Part shown: piece after piece, positions 52,736-61,690 of the stretch | Numbering within the stretch: the stretch's first letter is position 1 | Layout of the letters: each line of letters begins with the position of its first letter | Assembly: GCA_035316025.1 (NCBI GenBank) | Contig: DATFXL010000048.1 | Coordinates: 5,382-69,381 of the forward strand | Source: Acidimicrobiia bacterium | Lineage (GTDB): Bacteria; Actinomycetota; Acidimicrobiia; IMCC26256; JACDBD01 | Reading direction: 5' to 3' | Length of the DNA: 64,000 nucleotides | Notes under the pieces: model-generated | What the model was told of the DNA's origin: nothing | Database searches by the model: none | What the model saw: only the letters and a program-made list of their open reading frames with translations | Made by a program: the position numbers and the translations under genes

Positions 52736-54019
52736 TCAGCTCGCGGCGCGTTGCGTCCCGACCTTCAGCTCGCGGAAGGGCATGGTCTTGACGCGGTCGG
52801 CGTCTGGCTCCTTGGGCAGCCCGAGCACCCGCTCACCGATGATGTTCTTTTGCACCTCGTCGCTGCCGCCGTAGATCGAGACCGCCGGCGCGAACAGCGC
52901 CAGTTCCTGGGCCACCCCGCCGCCCGGGGTGTCGGGGCCCATGAGCATCCCGTCCGCGCCGAGGATCTCGAGCCCCAGGTCGCGCGCCAGGCGGGTGATC
53001 CGGCTCATGAGCAATTTGGCCGTGTTCGCTTCCGGGCCCGGGCCACGCCCCGACGCCTTGGCCGCCTTGACACGTAGCGCGGTGTACCGACCCACCTCGT
53101 TGAGGATGTGCAGCTCGGCAAGCCGCTGGCGGATGTTCGGGTCCTGGTCGCGCCCGACGTCCTTCGCCAGCTTCTCGAGCAAGTTCGACTGGCGACCGGC
53201 GACGGCGCGCTCGGCGCGGTCCCGTCCGCGTCCCGCGACGAGATCGCCGACGCGGCGTTCGAGCTGCTTGGCCTTCTTGCCCGGCATCGCGCCGCCGACG
53301 GCACCGGTGCCACCGCTACCGAGGCCGGCGCGCTCGTTCGCGAGCGTGGTGTTGGCGACCGCCCAGCCGCCGTTCAACTCACCAATTATCGCCGCCTGGT
53401 TCACACGCGCGTCCGAGAAGAAGACCTCGCTGAACAACGACCGGCCCGTCATCTCCCTCAGTGGCCGCACCTCGACGCCCGGCTGGTCCATCTCGATGGC
53501 GAAGTACGAGATGCCCTTGTGCTTGGGCGCATCGGGATCGGTGCGCGCGACGAGCATTCCGAGGTCGGCGGTCTGCCCGCCTGAGGTCCACACCTTCTGC
53601 CCGTTCACGATCCACTCGTCGCCGTCGCGCTCGGCGCGCGTCTGGAGGCTCGCGAGGTCGGAGCCGGCGCCCGGCTCGCTGAACAGTTGGCACCAGGCTT
53701 CCTGCCCGTTCAGGATCGGCCGCAGGTACCGCTCGCGCTGCTCGTCGGTTCCGTGCACGAGGATCGTCGGGCCCGCCAGCAACATCCCGAGACCCGAGGG
53801 CGGGCCGATCGCCCCGGCGGAACGCAGCTCCTCGTTCACGACGCCGGCGAGCTCGCGCGGGAGACCCTTTCCGAACCACTGCTCGGGCCAGGTGGGCGCG
53901 CCCCAACCCGACTCGCACAGACGCTCCCACCATTCCACCAGCGTGAGGTCGGGATCCCAGCTCTCGTCCAGCCAGCGGCGGACTTCCCCCCGGACCAGGT
54001 CCTCGGTGAGCACGGCCAC
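52736..54019 (-). CDS. acyl-CoA dehydrogenase family protein
   Basis: Track ORF 52736..54091, trimmed to the GTG at 54019 (AAGGGA 7 nt upstream). It has LFSEPGAGSDLASL, WIVNGQKVWTSGG and IYGGSDEVQKNII. Confidence 0.88.
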   Translation of the reverse strand: MAVLTEDLVRGEVRRWLDESWDPDLTLVEWWERLCESGWGAPTWPEQWFGKGLPRELAGVVNEELRSAGAIGPPSGLGMLLAGPTILVHGTDEQRERYLRPILNGQEAWCQLFSEPGAGSDLASLQTRAERDGDEWIVNGQKVWTSGGQTADLGMLVARTDPDAPKHKGISYFAIEMDQPGVEVRPLREMTGRSLFSEVFFSDARVNQAAIIGELNGGWAVANTTLANERAGLGSGGTGAVGGAMPGKKAKQLERRVGDLVAGRGRDRAERAVAGRQSNLLEKLAKDVGRDQDPNIRQRLAELHILNEVGRYTALRVKAAKASGRGPGPEANTAKLLMSRITRLARDLGLEILGADGMLMGPDTPGGGVAQELALFAPAVSIYGGSDEVQKNIIGERVLGLPKEPDADRVKTMPFRELKVGTQRAAS

Positions 54020-54041
54020 GGTCTGTTCCCTTTCGTCGAGT

Positions 54042-54395
54042 TCAGTCGAGGAGGTCGAGCACCTTCTCGGAGGGCCGAGCGACGACGGCACGCTCGCCCC
54101 GGAAGATGACCGGTCGCTGCATCAGCTCGGGGTGGTCGAGCAACAGCTCGATCACGGCTTTCTTCGTCGTGTAGTCCGACGCCGCCAGCCCGAGCTCGTC
54201 GAATCGCCCGTCGTGACGGACGATCTCGCTCGGCGGCACGTCGACGGCGTCGACGATCCGCTCCAGCGCCGCCCGATCGGGAGGCGCCCGTAGGTACTCG
54301 ACGACGTCGTGGTCGACGCCGTGTTCGTCGAGGATCTCGAGCGCACCGCGGGACTTGCTGCAGCTCGGGTTGTGGTACACGAGCAGGCGCTCCAC
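54042..54395 (-). CDS. ArsC/Spx-superfamily arsenate reductase-like protein (glutaredoxin-type)
   Basis: This is the 3' part of merged track ORF 54042..55316, with a GTG at 54395. It has VYHNPSCSKSR, and the C-terminal LMQRPVIFRGERAVVARPSEKVLDLL parallels R773-type ArsC. Confidence 0.85.
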   Translation of the reverse strand: MERLLVYHNPSCSKSRGALEILDEHGVDHDVVEYLRAPPDRAALERIVDAVDVPPSEIVRHDGRFDELGLAASDYTTKKAVIELLLDHPELMQRPVIFRGERAVVARPSEKVLDLLD

Positions 54396-54455
54396 GACAC
54401 GAAGGCTACCCTCGACACCGAAGTGTCCATACCTGAACGTCCACCGGAGGCACCA

Positions 54456-55583
54456 ATGGTGGAGACGCAACCGCAGTTCCTCGGCCGCGACGACGTCGAC
54501 AACGTCGAAGCCATCCTCGCCGACGACAGCATCGACTTCGGCGAGGTGGTGCACCCGACGCCGGCGCGTGGCGAGGCCATCTTCACCTGGGACTACGAGC
54601 GGGCGCGTCCCGGCCTGGCGAAGCTGTACGAGAAGGCGAAGACCTCGCAGTGGAACGGCTCGAGCGACCTCGACTGGTCGACGCCGGTGGACCCGGAGCG
54701 CGTCGCGCTGGAGATGGCGCCGGCGGCGGCGATGTTCCAGCAGCGCATGGCGGAGCTGCCCGGATCGCCGGTCGCGAGCTGGGGCCCGAAGGAATGGACC
54801 CGCTTCCAGGTCGAAGCCCTCAACTGGCGGATGAGCCAGTTCCTGCACGGCGAGCAGGGCGCGCTGATCTGCACGGCGAAGATCGTCAACACGACGCCAT
54901 GGATCGACGCCAAGTACTACGCCGCCACTCAGGTGATGGACGAGGCCCGGCATGTCGAGGTGTTCTCGCGTTACCTCGACACGAAGCTCGAGGGCCACTA
55001 TCCGGTCAACCCGGCGCTGCAGCTGCTGATCGACGACATCATCGGCGATCCGCGCTGGGACATGACCTACATGGGCATGCAGATCATGGTCGAGGGCCTC
55101 GCGCTCGCCGCGTTCGGTTTCATGCACCAGGTGACTGAGGAGCCGCTGCTCAAGAAGCTGTTGCGCTACGTGATGGCCGACGAGGCCCGGCACGTCGCGT
55201 TCGGCGTCCTGTCCCTCCAGGAGTACTACGCGGGCCTGAGCGCCACCGAGTTGCGCGAGCGACAGGAGTTCGCGTTCGAAGCCGCGCTCCGAATGCGCGA
55301 CCGGCTGATGATGCACCGCGTGTGGGAGGCGATGGGCGTCGACCGGCGGACGGTCACCGAGTTCCTGCTGGGAATGCGCCGGATGCGCAATAACCCGTTC
55401 CAGGTCGCGTTGTTCTCGAAGATCGTCCCCAACTGCAAGAAGCTCGGACTGCTCGACGCGGGCGACGGCTGGCTGCGCGACCGCTTCACCGACATCGGCG
55501 TCATCCAGTTCGAGGACGCGGCCGACACCGGTGAGGAGTACGAGACCTTCGACGAGGTGGCCAAGGACCGGGCCGCCGGGTGA
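54456..55583 (+). CDS. ferritin-like di-iron oxygenase (AurF-like family)
   Basis: This is the 3' part of track ORF 54309..55583. The ATG at 54456 lies 5 nt after CCGGAGG. It has two EARH motifs (VMDEARHVEVF, MADEARHVAFG) plus HGEQGAL and MVEGLALAAF. Confidence 0.8.
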   Translation: MVETQPQFLGRDDVDNVEAILADDSIDFGEVVHPTPARGEAIFTWDYERARPGLAKLYEKAKTSQWNGSSDLDWSTPVDPERVALEMAPAAAMFQQRMAELPGSPVASWGPKEWTRFQVEALNWRMSQFLHGEQGALICTAKIVNTTPWIDAKYYAATQVMDEARHVEVFSRYLDTKLEGHYPVNPALQLLIDDIIGDPRWDMTYMGMQIMVEGLALAAFGFMHQVTEEPLLKKLLRYVMADEARHVAFGVLSLQEYYAGLSATELRERQEFAFEAALRMRDRLMMHRVWEAMGVDRRTVTEFLLGMRRMRNNPFQVALFSKIVPNCKKLGLLDAGDGWLRDRFTDIGVIQFEDAADTGEEYETFDEVAKDRAAG

Positions 55584-55590
55584 TCCGTTT

Positions 55591-55974
55591 CTAGGGCAGG
55601 TTTCTCGGCTCGACGCCGAGAGTCTGGATGAATACCTGGATGCGCACGATGCGACCGGCCGCGTCGAGGTCGAACACGAGCGCCTCGGGCGTGGGGTGGC
55701 GCGAGCCGTCCACGTCGACGGTCTCGGTGAGCTCGACGACCGCCAGGCGACCGTCGCCCGAGTACGTCACACGGTCGACGCGCATCTCGTAGCCGGGCAA
55801 CCTCGGCATCAGCTCGGCGATGAAGGCGAGGTAGCGGCCCTTGTCGGCGTACTCGTCGCCCCACGGTCCGACACGGGTGAAGCCGTCGTCGCTGAGGCAG
55901 GCAGCGAGCGCGTCCCAGTCGTGGCCGATGATCGCGTCCAGGTACCGCTCGACGACGCTGGCCACCGCTACCAC
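55591..55974 (-). CDS. SnoaL-like / NTF2-fold protein
   Basis: This is the 3' part of track ORF 55591..56073. The start is GTG 55974 (7-nt overlap with aat) or GTG 55965. VVERYLDAIIGHDWDALAACLSDD is typical of the SnoaL-like fold. Confidence 0.7.
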   Translation of the reverse strand: MVAVASVVERYLDAIIGHDWDALAACLSDDGFTRVGPWGDEYADKGRYLAFIAELMPRLPGYEMRVDRVTYSGDGRLAVVELTETVDVDGSRHPTPEALVFDLDAAGRIVRIQVFIQTLGVEPRNLP

Positions 55975-56633
55975 CGCGGGCCGGCTCGCGTGAGGGCCTC
56001 GGCGAGGAGCTCGAGGTACTTCGGGCGGGGGACGTCGACGGCGCCGAGCGATGCGAGGTGGGGCGTCGTCCACTGGACGTCGAGCACGGATGGGCTGCCG
56101 TCACGCAGGAGGTCGACGAGCGCAGCGAGCGCGGCCTTGCCGGCGTCGGTGACGCGGTGGAACATCGACTCGGCGGCGAAGAGCCCCCCGATCGCGACCC
56201 CGTACACGCCGCCGGCGAGGACGCCGCCGGCCGACCACGCCTCGACGCTGTGCGCCCAGCCCAGCCGGTGCAGCGTCGTGTACGCGTCGACGAAGTCGTC
56301 GTCGATCCACCCGTGGGGACGATGCGGGTCGGCGCACGACCGCATGACGTCCTCGAACCCGTGGTCGACCGAGATCTCGAACCTCCGGCGTGCACGCCGC
56401 AGCGACCGGCTCTCGTGGAAGCCGTCGAGCGGCAGGATGCCGCGAGGATCCGGCGACCACCACGCGACCGGTCCTCCGCGACCGACCCGCATCGGGAACA
56501 GGCCGGTGCGATAAGCGGCCAACAGCGTTCCCGGCTCCAGATCGGCGCCGACGCCGGCGATCTCGGTTTCGTCGGCCGCTTCTGCCGGCGGGAGCTGCCA
56601 GGGCGTCGGCGGTGGTTCGACAGGCACGATCAC
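55968..56633 (-). CDS. aat: leucyl/phenylalanyl-tRNA--protein transferase
   Basis: Track ORF 55968..56633 with a GTG start. It has LLAAYRTGLFPM, WWSPDPRGILPL, HSVEAW and GGLFAAESMFH. Confidence 0.88.
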   Translation of the reverse strand: MIVPVEPPPTPWQLPPAEAADETEIAGVGADLEPGTLLAAYRTGLFPMRVGRGGPVAWWSPDPRGILPLDGFHESRSLRRARRRFEISVDHGFEDVMRSCADPHRPHGWIDDDFVDAYTTLHRLGWAHSVEAWSAGGVLAGGVYGVAIGGLFAAESMFHRVTDAGKAALAALVDLLRDGSPSVLDVQWTTPHLASLGAVDVPRPKYLELLAEALTRAGPRW

Positions 56634-56704
56634 AAGCTTCCCACGAGCGTTGTCACCGTTCCGCGGTCATAGATCGCGTCTTCGTGACAACGGCGGCGAC
56701 GGCG

Positions 56705-57934
56705 TCAGCCCAACAAGCTCCGCGCGATCTGACCTACTTGGATCTCGTCGGTGCCGGCGTAGATCTGGAGGACCTTGGCGTCGCGCGCGAGCTGCTCGAC
56801 CTCGTACTCGGCCATGTACCCGTTGCCGCCGAAGAGCTGGACGGCTTCGAGCGCCACTTCGATCGCCGCTTGCGCGCCGTACAGCTTGCACGCCGACGCT
56901 TCGGCGAGCGTCATGTGGTGACCCGCCGCCTGCATCTCGATCTGGCGGAACACGAGGTTCTGGAGGTTGAGCCGGGCGACCTCCATGCGCGCCAGCTTGA
57001 GCTGGATGAGCTGGTATTCGGCGATCGGCTTGCCGAACTGCACGCGCTCCTTCGCGTAGGCGAGGCTCAGCTCGAGGCACCGTTCGACGATGCCGAGCGC
57101 CATCGCCGCGACGCCCGTCCGCTCCATCGTGAACGTCGCCTTGGCGGCGTCGCGGCCGCCGCCGGACGACACCTCCTCGGTCTCACCGAGCAGCCGGTCC
57201 CGCCCTACCCGCACGTCGGTGAGGAACAGCTGACCCGTCGGCGACGAGTGCAGCCCCATCTTGCGCAGTGGCTTGCTCTGCTCGAACCCGGGGAGGCCAC
57301 TGTCGAGCACGAAGTGGAGCACCTTACGGTCCTCGGGTTCGTTGCCCTCGTCGAGCTTGCAGATGAACACGGTGGTGTCCGCGTAGGGGCCATTGGTGAT
57401 GAAGGTCTTCGAGCCGTTGAGGACGTACTCGTCGCCGTCGCGGCGTGCGGTCGACTGCATGCCACCGAACGCGTCGGAACCCGAGTTCGGCTCCGTGATC
57501 GCCCACGCACCGATCTTGTCGAGCGTCAGGAGGTCGAGCGCCCACCGTTCCTTCTGCTCGATCGTGCCCTTGCCCATGATGGCGGCGGGGGTCAGCCCGA
57601 CGCTCACACCCATCGCGGTCACCATGCCCGGCGAGCAGCGGGAGAGCTCGATGATCGGGATCATGAACATGGCGCCGCCACCGCCGGACGGGCGCTCCTC
57701 GTCGTCCGATGCCGTGGCACTCCCCTCCGCCGCCGCCCGCTCGCGTTCAATGCGCTTCTTGAACTGCTCACGGGCGAGCGCATCCAGCCCGAAGGTCTGG
57801 AACATCTTGCGGAGCACGTCGTACGGAGCGGTCTCGCCGAACTCGAGCTCGTCGCGCTGCGGCCGGATCTCGTTGTCGACGAACTGGCGCACCGCGTCGC
57901 GCACCATGGCGTGCTCTTCGCTCCATTCGTACAT
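56705..57934 (-). CDS. acyl-CoA dehydrogenase
   Basis: Track ORF 56705..57934. It has ITEPNSGSDAF, YVLNGSKTFITNG and QLFGGNGYMAEYEVEQLARDAKVLQIYAGTDEIQ. Confidence 0.9.
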   Translation of the reverse strand: MYEWSEEHAMVRDAVRQFVDNEIRPQRDELEFGETAPYDVLRKMFQTFGLDALAREQFKKRIERERAAAEGSATASDDEERPSGGGGAMFMIPIIELSRCSPGMVTAMGVSVGLTPAAIMGKGTIEQKERWALDLLTLDKIGAWAITEPNSGSDAFGGMQSTARRDGDEYVLNGSKTFITNGPYADTTVFICKLDEGNEPEDRKVLHFVLDSGLPGFEQSKPLRKMGLHSSPTGQLFLTDVRVGRDRLLGETEEVSSGGGRDAAKATFTMERTGVAAMALGIVERCLELSLAYAKERVQFGKPIAEYQLIQLKLARMEVARLNLQNLVFRQIEMQAAGHHMTLAEASACKLYGAQAAIEVALEAVQLFGGNGYMAEYEVEQLARDAKVLQIYAGTDEIQVGQIARSLLG

Positions 57935-57943
57935 CGCTCCCCC

Positions 57944-59251
57944 TCAGCTCGACCTTGACGACCCGACGAGATTGTCCAGCTTGGCGTACGGCGCCAACAA
58001 CAGCGCGGCTGCAGCCCCGATCAGCAGCAGCAGCGTGACGCTGGTGGCGTTGGCGACGAAACCGCCCACGAGTACCCCGACGGGCACGATCCCGCCGAAC
58101 CCCATGATCCACAACGCCATGATCCGCCCGCGGATCGAGTCGTCCACGTTCTCCTGGAGCACGGTCGCCAGCGATGTGATGACGAGGAAGTAGAAGTACC
58201 CGAGCACGAACGCCAGCGGGTACGCCGGCGCATCCGTCCGCAACAACGCGAAGGCGGTGAGCAGGCCGGCGAAGACGACGAGGCCGACGCGCGGGATGGG
58301 CGCCTTCGATCGGCCGGCGAACACCGTTCCGACGCTGATCGCACCGGACGCCGCCCCCAGCCCGAAGGTCGCATAGAGGAGCCCGTACTCGACGCTCTTC
58401 GGACGGATGCCGAAGTTGTCGGCTGCGATCGCAGGCATGAGACCCACGAAGGTCAGCGAGAAGAACGAGAACAGCACCAGAGTGGTGAGGATGCGGCGGA
58501 TGAGCGGGTCACGCGCCGCGATACGGAAGCCCGACAGCAGGCGCGCGAGCCCGGTCTCCTTCACTTCGCCCGGCGCGTACTGCCCGTAGTGGGCGAAGAT
58601 CACCCCGGCCACGGCGAAGAGGTACGTCCCGGCGTTGATGGCGAAGACGGGCGCGGCGCTGAATTGCGAGTAGATCACGGCGCCGATCGCGGGCCCGATG
58701 ACGCGCGAGAGGTTCATCTGCACCGATTGCAGCGACACCGCTCCCGGCAGGTCGGCCCGGGGCACGAGTGTCGGCAGGATCGCCGCGATCGCCGGCGCGC
58801 TCAACGAGTTGCCGACCCCGATCGCGAAGACGCAGACGACGAGCCCGACGCGCGATGGGTTACTCGTCGCGGCCAGGCCGGCGAGCACGAACGACAGGAC
58901 GAGCTGTTCGAGCTGCGTGATGATCAGGAGCTTGCGGCGGTCGACGACGTCGGCGAGGACGCCCCCGACCGTCGACATGAACAGCAGCGGCCCGAGCTGG
59001 GCGAAGAACAGGATCCCGACGAACACCGCTGAGCCCGTCAGCTCGTAGCCGAACGCGCCGAGGAGCACATTCTGCATCCATGTGCCGATGTTCGACGCGA
59101 ACGTGCCGCCCCAGAAGATGCGGAAGTCGCGGTTGCGCAGGGCCGCCTGCGCGGTGCCACGCCGGAACCCGAGATCCCCCTCGATAATCGCTTCGGTGGC
59201 TTCTTCTGCCTGGGGGTCGCGCGACTGTGACCGACGAAGCGACATGCTCAC
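57944..59251 (-). CDS. MFS transporter (EntS/MFS_3-like)
   Basis: Track ORF 57944..59251. It has 12 hydrophobic segments, and the motif GGVLADVVDRRKLL is MFS motif A. Confidence 0.88.
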   Translation of the reverse strand: MSMSLRRSQSRDPQAEEATEAIIEGDLGFRRGTAQAALRNRDFRIFWGGTFASNIGTWMQNVLLGAFGYELTGSAVFVGILFFAQLGPLLFMSTVGGVLADVVDRRKLLIITQLEQLVLSFVLAGLAATSNPSRVGLVVCVFAIGVGNSLSAPAIAAILPTLVPRADLPGAVSLQSVQMNLSRVIGPAIGAVIYSQFSAAPVFAINAGTYLFAVAGVIFAHYGQYAPGEVKETGLARLLSGFRIAARDPLIRRILTTLVLFSFFSLTFVGLMPAIAADNFGIRPKSVEYGLLYATFGLGAASGAISVGTVFAGRSKAPIPRVGLVVFAGLLTAFALLRTDAPAYPLAFVLGYFYFLVITSLATVLQENVDDSIRGRIMALWIMGFGGIVPVGVLVGGFVANATSVTLLLLIGAAAALLLAPYAKLDNLVGSSRSS

Positions 59252-59316
59252 ATCACCCTAGGTCGGCCTCTTCGAGGCGCTTGCACGCTTCCCGGCGAGC
59301 CGGGTTCGATGGGATC

Positions 59317-59739
59317 GTGCCGTCGGCGAAGGACCGCGCCGTCCGCTTCACGCAGAAGTACCTGTTGAACCCGCCCGCGCGCGCGCTGTTCGCGCTCGGG
59401 CTCGTCCCGTCCACGCACGTCCTGCTCGAGACCACCGGCCGCAAGACGGGCCGGCCGAGGCAGAACCCGGTCGGGAACGGCCTCGACGGGGACACGCTCT
59501 GGATCGTCGCCGAGCACGGGCACCGGGCCAACTACGTCCGCAATCTCGAGGCGAACCCCCGCGTACGGGTGAAGATCGGGCGGCGCTGGCGCACTGGCAC
59601 CGCCACCGTCCTCCCTGACGACGACCCCCGCGCCCGCCTGGAGCGCATCGGCCGCCCCGTCAACGGGTTCATGGTGCGGGCCGTGGGCACCCACCTGCTC
59701 ACGATCCGGGTGGATCTGGACCCCGCCGGCGCCGACTGA
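59317..59739 (+). CDS. deazaflavin (F420H2)-dependent nitroreductase family protein (Ddn-like)
   Basis: This is the 3' part of track ORF 59227..59739. The start is GTG 59317 (alternative TTG 59281), since the 5' part overlaps the MFS gene. It has LLETTGRKTGRPRQNPV and the ANYVRNLEANPRVRV signature. Confidence 0.75.
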   Translation: MPSAKDRAVRFTQKYLLNPPARALFALGLVPSTHVLLETTGRKTGRPRQNPVGNGLDGDTLWIVAEHGHRANYVRNLEANPRVRVKIGRRWRTGTATVLPDDDPRARLERIGRPVNGFMVRAVGTHLLTIRVDLDPAGAD

Positions 59740-59847
59740 GGCGAGGGCGAACGCGCATTCCCCCGGCGAGGGCGGACGTGCACGCGCCGCCGCCCTGCCA
59801 CTAGCGTGCCGGAATTCGCGCGATGCCCATGGCATCGCCGCACGGCT

Positions 59848-60807
59848 ATGAGGCGGAGGGCCGTGACGCGAACCGTTCGGACACCGACGAGAGACGACGC
59901 GCTGTCCGGTCGTCGGCGTCGCCGCATACCGCGGTTGCGAGCGCAGGTGGTTGTGAGCGCGCTCCTGGCCGCCGCCGTCGTCGCCGGCGCGAACGTCGCG
60001 GGGGCGCAACAAGGTCCGAGCGGTGGCTCAGATCAGGACGTGGCCGACGCCCAGGCCAAGGCCGATCAGGCCACGAGCGCCTACCTCGACGCGCTGACCA
60101 AGTCGCATCAGGTCGACGACGAGGTCCTCCACATCCAGCAGAACATCACGACCCTCGAGCTGCGCTTCTCCGAGCTGCGCAGCGACGCACAGGTGCGCGC
60201 GATCGAGGCGTACAAGCGCTCCGGCACGCCCATCGCCGTGCTGCTCGGAGAGGAAGCGCCGGGAATGGACGGCGCGCGCCGGACCGTCATGCTCGATTAC
60301 CTCAACGCGCGCGACGACACCACCGCTGGACAGTTCCGGAAGGTGCGCGACGGGCTCCAGGCACGCCAGCGAGACCTGAAGGACGCGCAGGCCCAGCAGG
60401 CTGACCTCGTCGCGCAGCTCAAGGGCGAGGAACAGCGGCTGAACGCCGAGCTGATAACGGCACAGAACAAGCGCCGCGCTGCTGCCGGCGCGCCGGCCTC
60501 TCCCACCCTCGGACCGTTGACCGACTACGTGCCCCGTCCCGGCGAGCATCCCCACCACAACGACCCGTTCCTCGTGTGCACCCGCGGGATCGAGAGTCAC
60601 GGCAACTACCAGGCGTACAACGCGTCGGGCCCCTATTACGGCGCCTACCAGTTCGACCAGAGCACCTGGAACGGGACCGCCAACCACGCAGGCCGCGGCG
60701 AGCTCGTCGGGGTGGACCCTCGCAACGCCTCCGAGTACGACCAGGACGACATGGCCTGGACGCTGTACCAGTGGAGGGGCAAGGGGCCCTGGATGGGTCG
60801 TTGCTGA
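59848..60807 (+). CDS. secreted coiled-coil protein with C-terminal Rpf/transglycosylase-like domain
   Basis: Track ORF 59806..60807. I prefer the ATG at 59848 (arginine-rich n-region, then VVVSALLAAAVVAGANVAGA). It has a long coiled coil, and the C-terminal CTRGIESHGNYQAYNASGPYYGAYQFDQSTW resembles the actinobacterial transglycosylase-like domain. Confidence 0.65.
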   Translation: MRRRAVTRTVRTPTRDDALSGRRRRRIPRLRAQVVVSALLAAAVVAGANVAGAQQGPSGGSDQDVADAQAKADQATSAYLDALTKSHQVDDEVLHIQQNITTLELRFSELRSDAQVRAIEAYKRSGTPIAVLLGEEAPGMDGARRTVMLDYLNARDDTTAGQFRKVRDGLQARQRDLKDAQAQQADLVAQLKGEEQRLNAELITAQNKRRAAAGAPASPTLGPLTDYVPRPGEHPHHNDPFLVCTRGIESHGNYQAYNASGPYYGAYQFDQSTWNGTANHAGRGELVGVDPRNASEYDQDDMAWTLYQWRGKGPWMGRC

Positions 60808-60895
60808 CGCCTTGTCGGGAACGGAAGGCCCTGTGTAACCACGCTGCGTCGCCTAGAGTCGACCGGAAGTCGACGACTCCACAGGGCAGGTCTTT

Positions 60896-61663
60896 GTGAA
60901 CGACCAGCGACGCGACCACGAATCACCGCGCCGGACGCCGCGACGAATCGCGGTGGTGCCCGCGTACAACGAGGAGCCGACGGTCAAGGCGGTCCTCGAA
61001 CGCCTCTATCCGTTGGTGGACGAGCTCGTCGTCGTGGACGACGGCTCCACCGACAACACGCGCGAGGTCGTCGAGAAGTGGCTGCCCGAGCAGGACAATG
61101 CGTGGCTGCTGTCCTTCGACGACAACCAGGGCATGTCGGCGGCGTACTACCTCGCCTTCACCGACCTGCGTCAGCGCCTCGGCACGGGTGAGATCGGAGA
61201 GGACGACCTGATCCTTACCGTCGACGCCGACGGCCAGCACGAGCTCGGCGTGCTCGACGAGCTGCGCGACATCGCCGTCGCCGACGACCTCGACGCCTTG
61301 ATCGTGCAGCGCGACCTGTTGACGTACCCTCTCTACAAGCGCTTCGGGAACTGGCTCGTGAGCGCGTGGGCGTCGTTGTGGGCGGGTCAGCGCCTTCGTG
61401 ACGTCGAGTCCGGTTACCGCATCTTTCGCGCCGCCGCCCTTTCCGACGCGCTCGACTACTACAAGGGCTACAAGTACAGCGAGACGGTCGAGGTGGCGGT
61501 CGTGCTGTGCCGGCTCGGGTACCGGGTCCGCAACGATGTGATGGTTCCTGTGCCGGTCTTCCGATCGCGGACGCGCCTGGTGGACGCGGCCATCGACCTC
61601 GCGATGATCCCTGTCGCCGCGTACCGGGCGTCACGCCGCCGGCGCCGCCGTTTCCGCAGCTGA
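60896..61663 (+). CDS. GT2 glycosyltransferase (DPM1-like polyprenyl-phosphate sugar synthase type)
   Basis: Track ORF 60896..61663 with a GTG start. It has VVPAYNEE, VVVDDGSTDNT and TVDADGQH. Confidence 0.85.
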   Translation: MNDQRRDHESPRRTPRRIAVVPAYNEEPTVKAVLERLYPLVDELVVVDDGSTDNTREVVEKWLPEQDNAWLLSFDDNQGMSAAYYLAFTDLRQRLGTGEIGEDDLILTVDADGQHELGVLDELRDIAVADDLDALIVQRDLLTYPLYKRFGNWLVSAWASLWAGQRLRDVESGYRIFRAAALSDALDYYKGYKYSETVEVAVVLCRLGYRVRNDVMVPVPVFRSRTRLVDAAIDLAMIPVAAYRASRRRRRRFRS

Positions 61664-61690
61664 CACCGCATCCCACGTCGGGACCACGCC

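Noticed and set aside
59821-59837. Palindrome CGATGCC-CAT-GGCATCG and the direct repeat GGCGAGGGCG(A/G)ACG upstream of the transglycosylase-like gene.
   Set aside because: It lies between the two possible starts (59806 and 59848), so it is either coding or 5' UTR. Without a defined start, I cannot argue a regulatory role.
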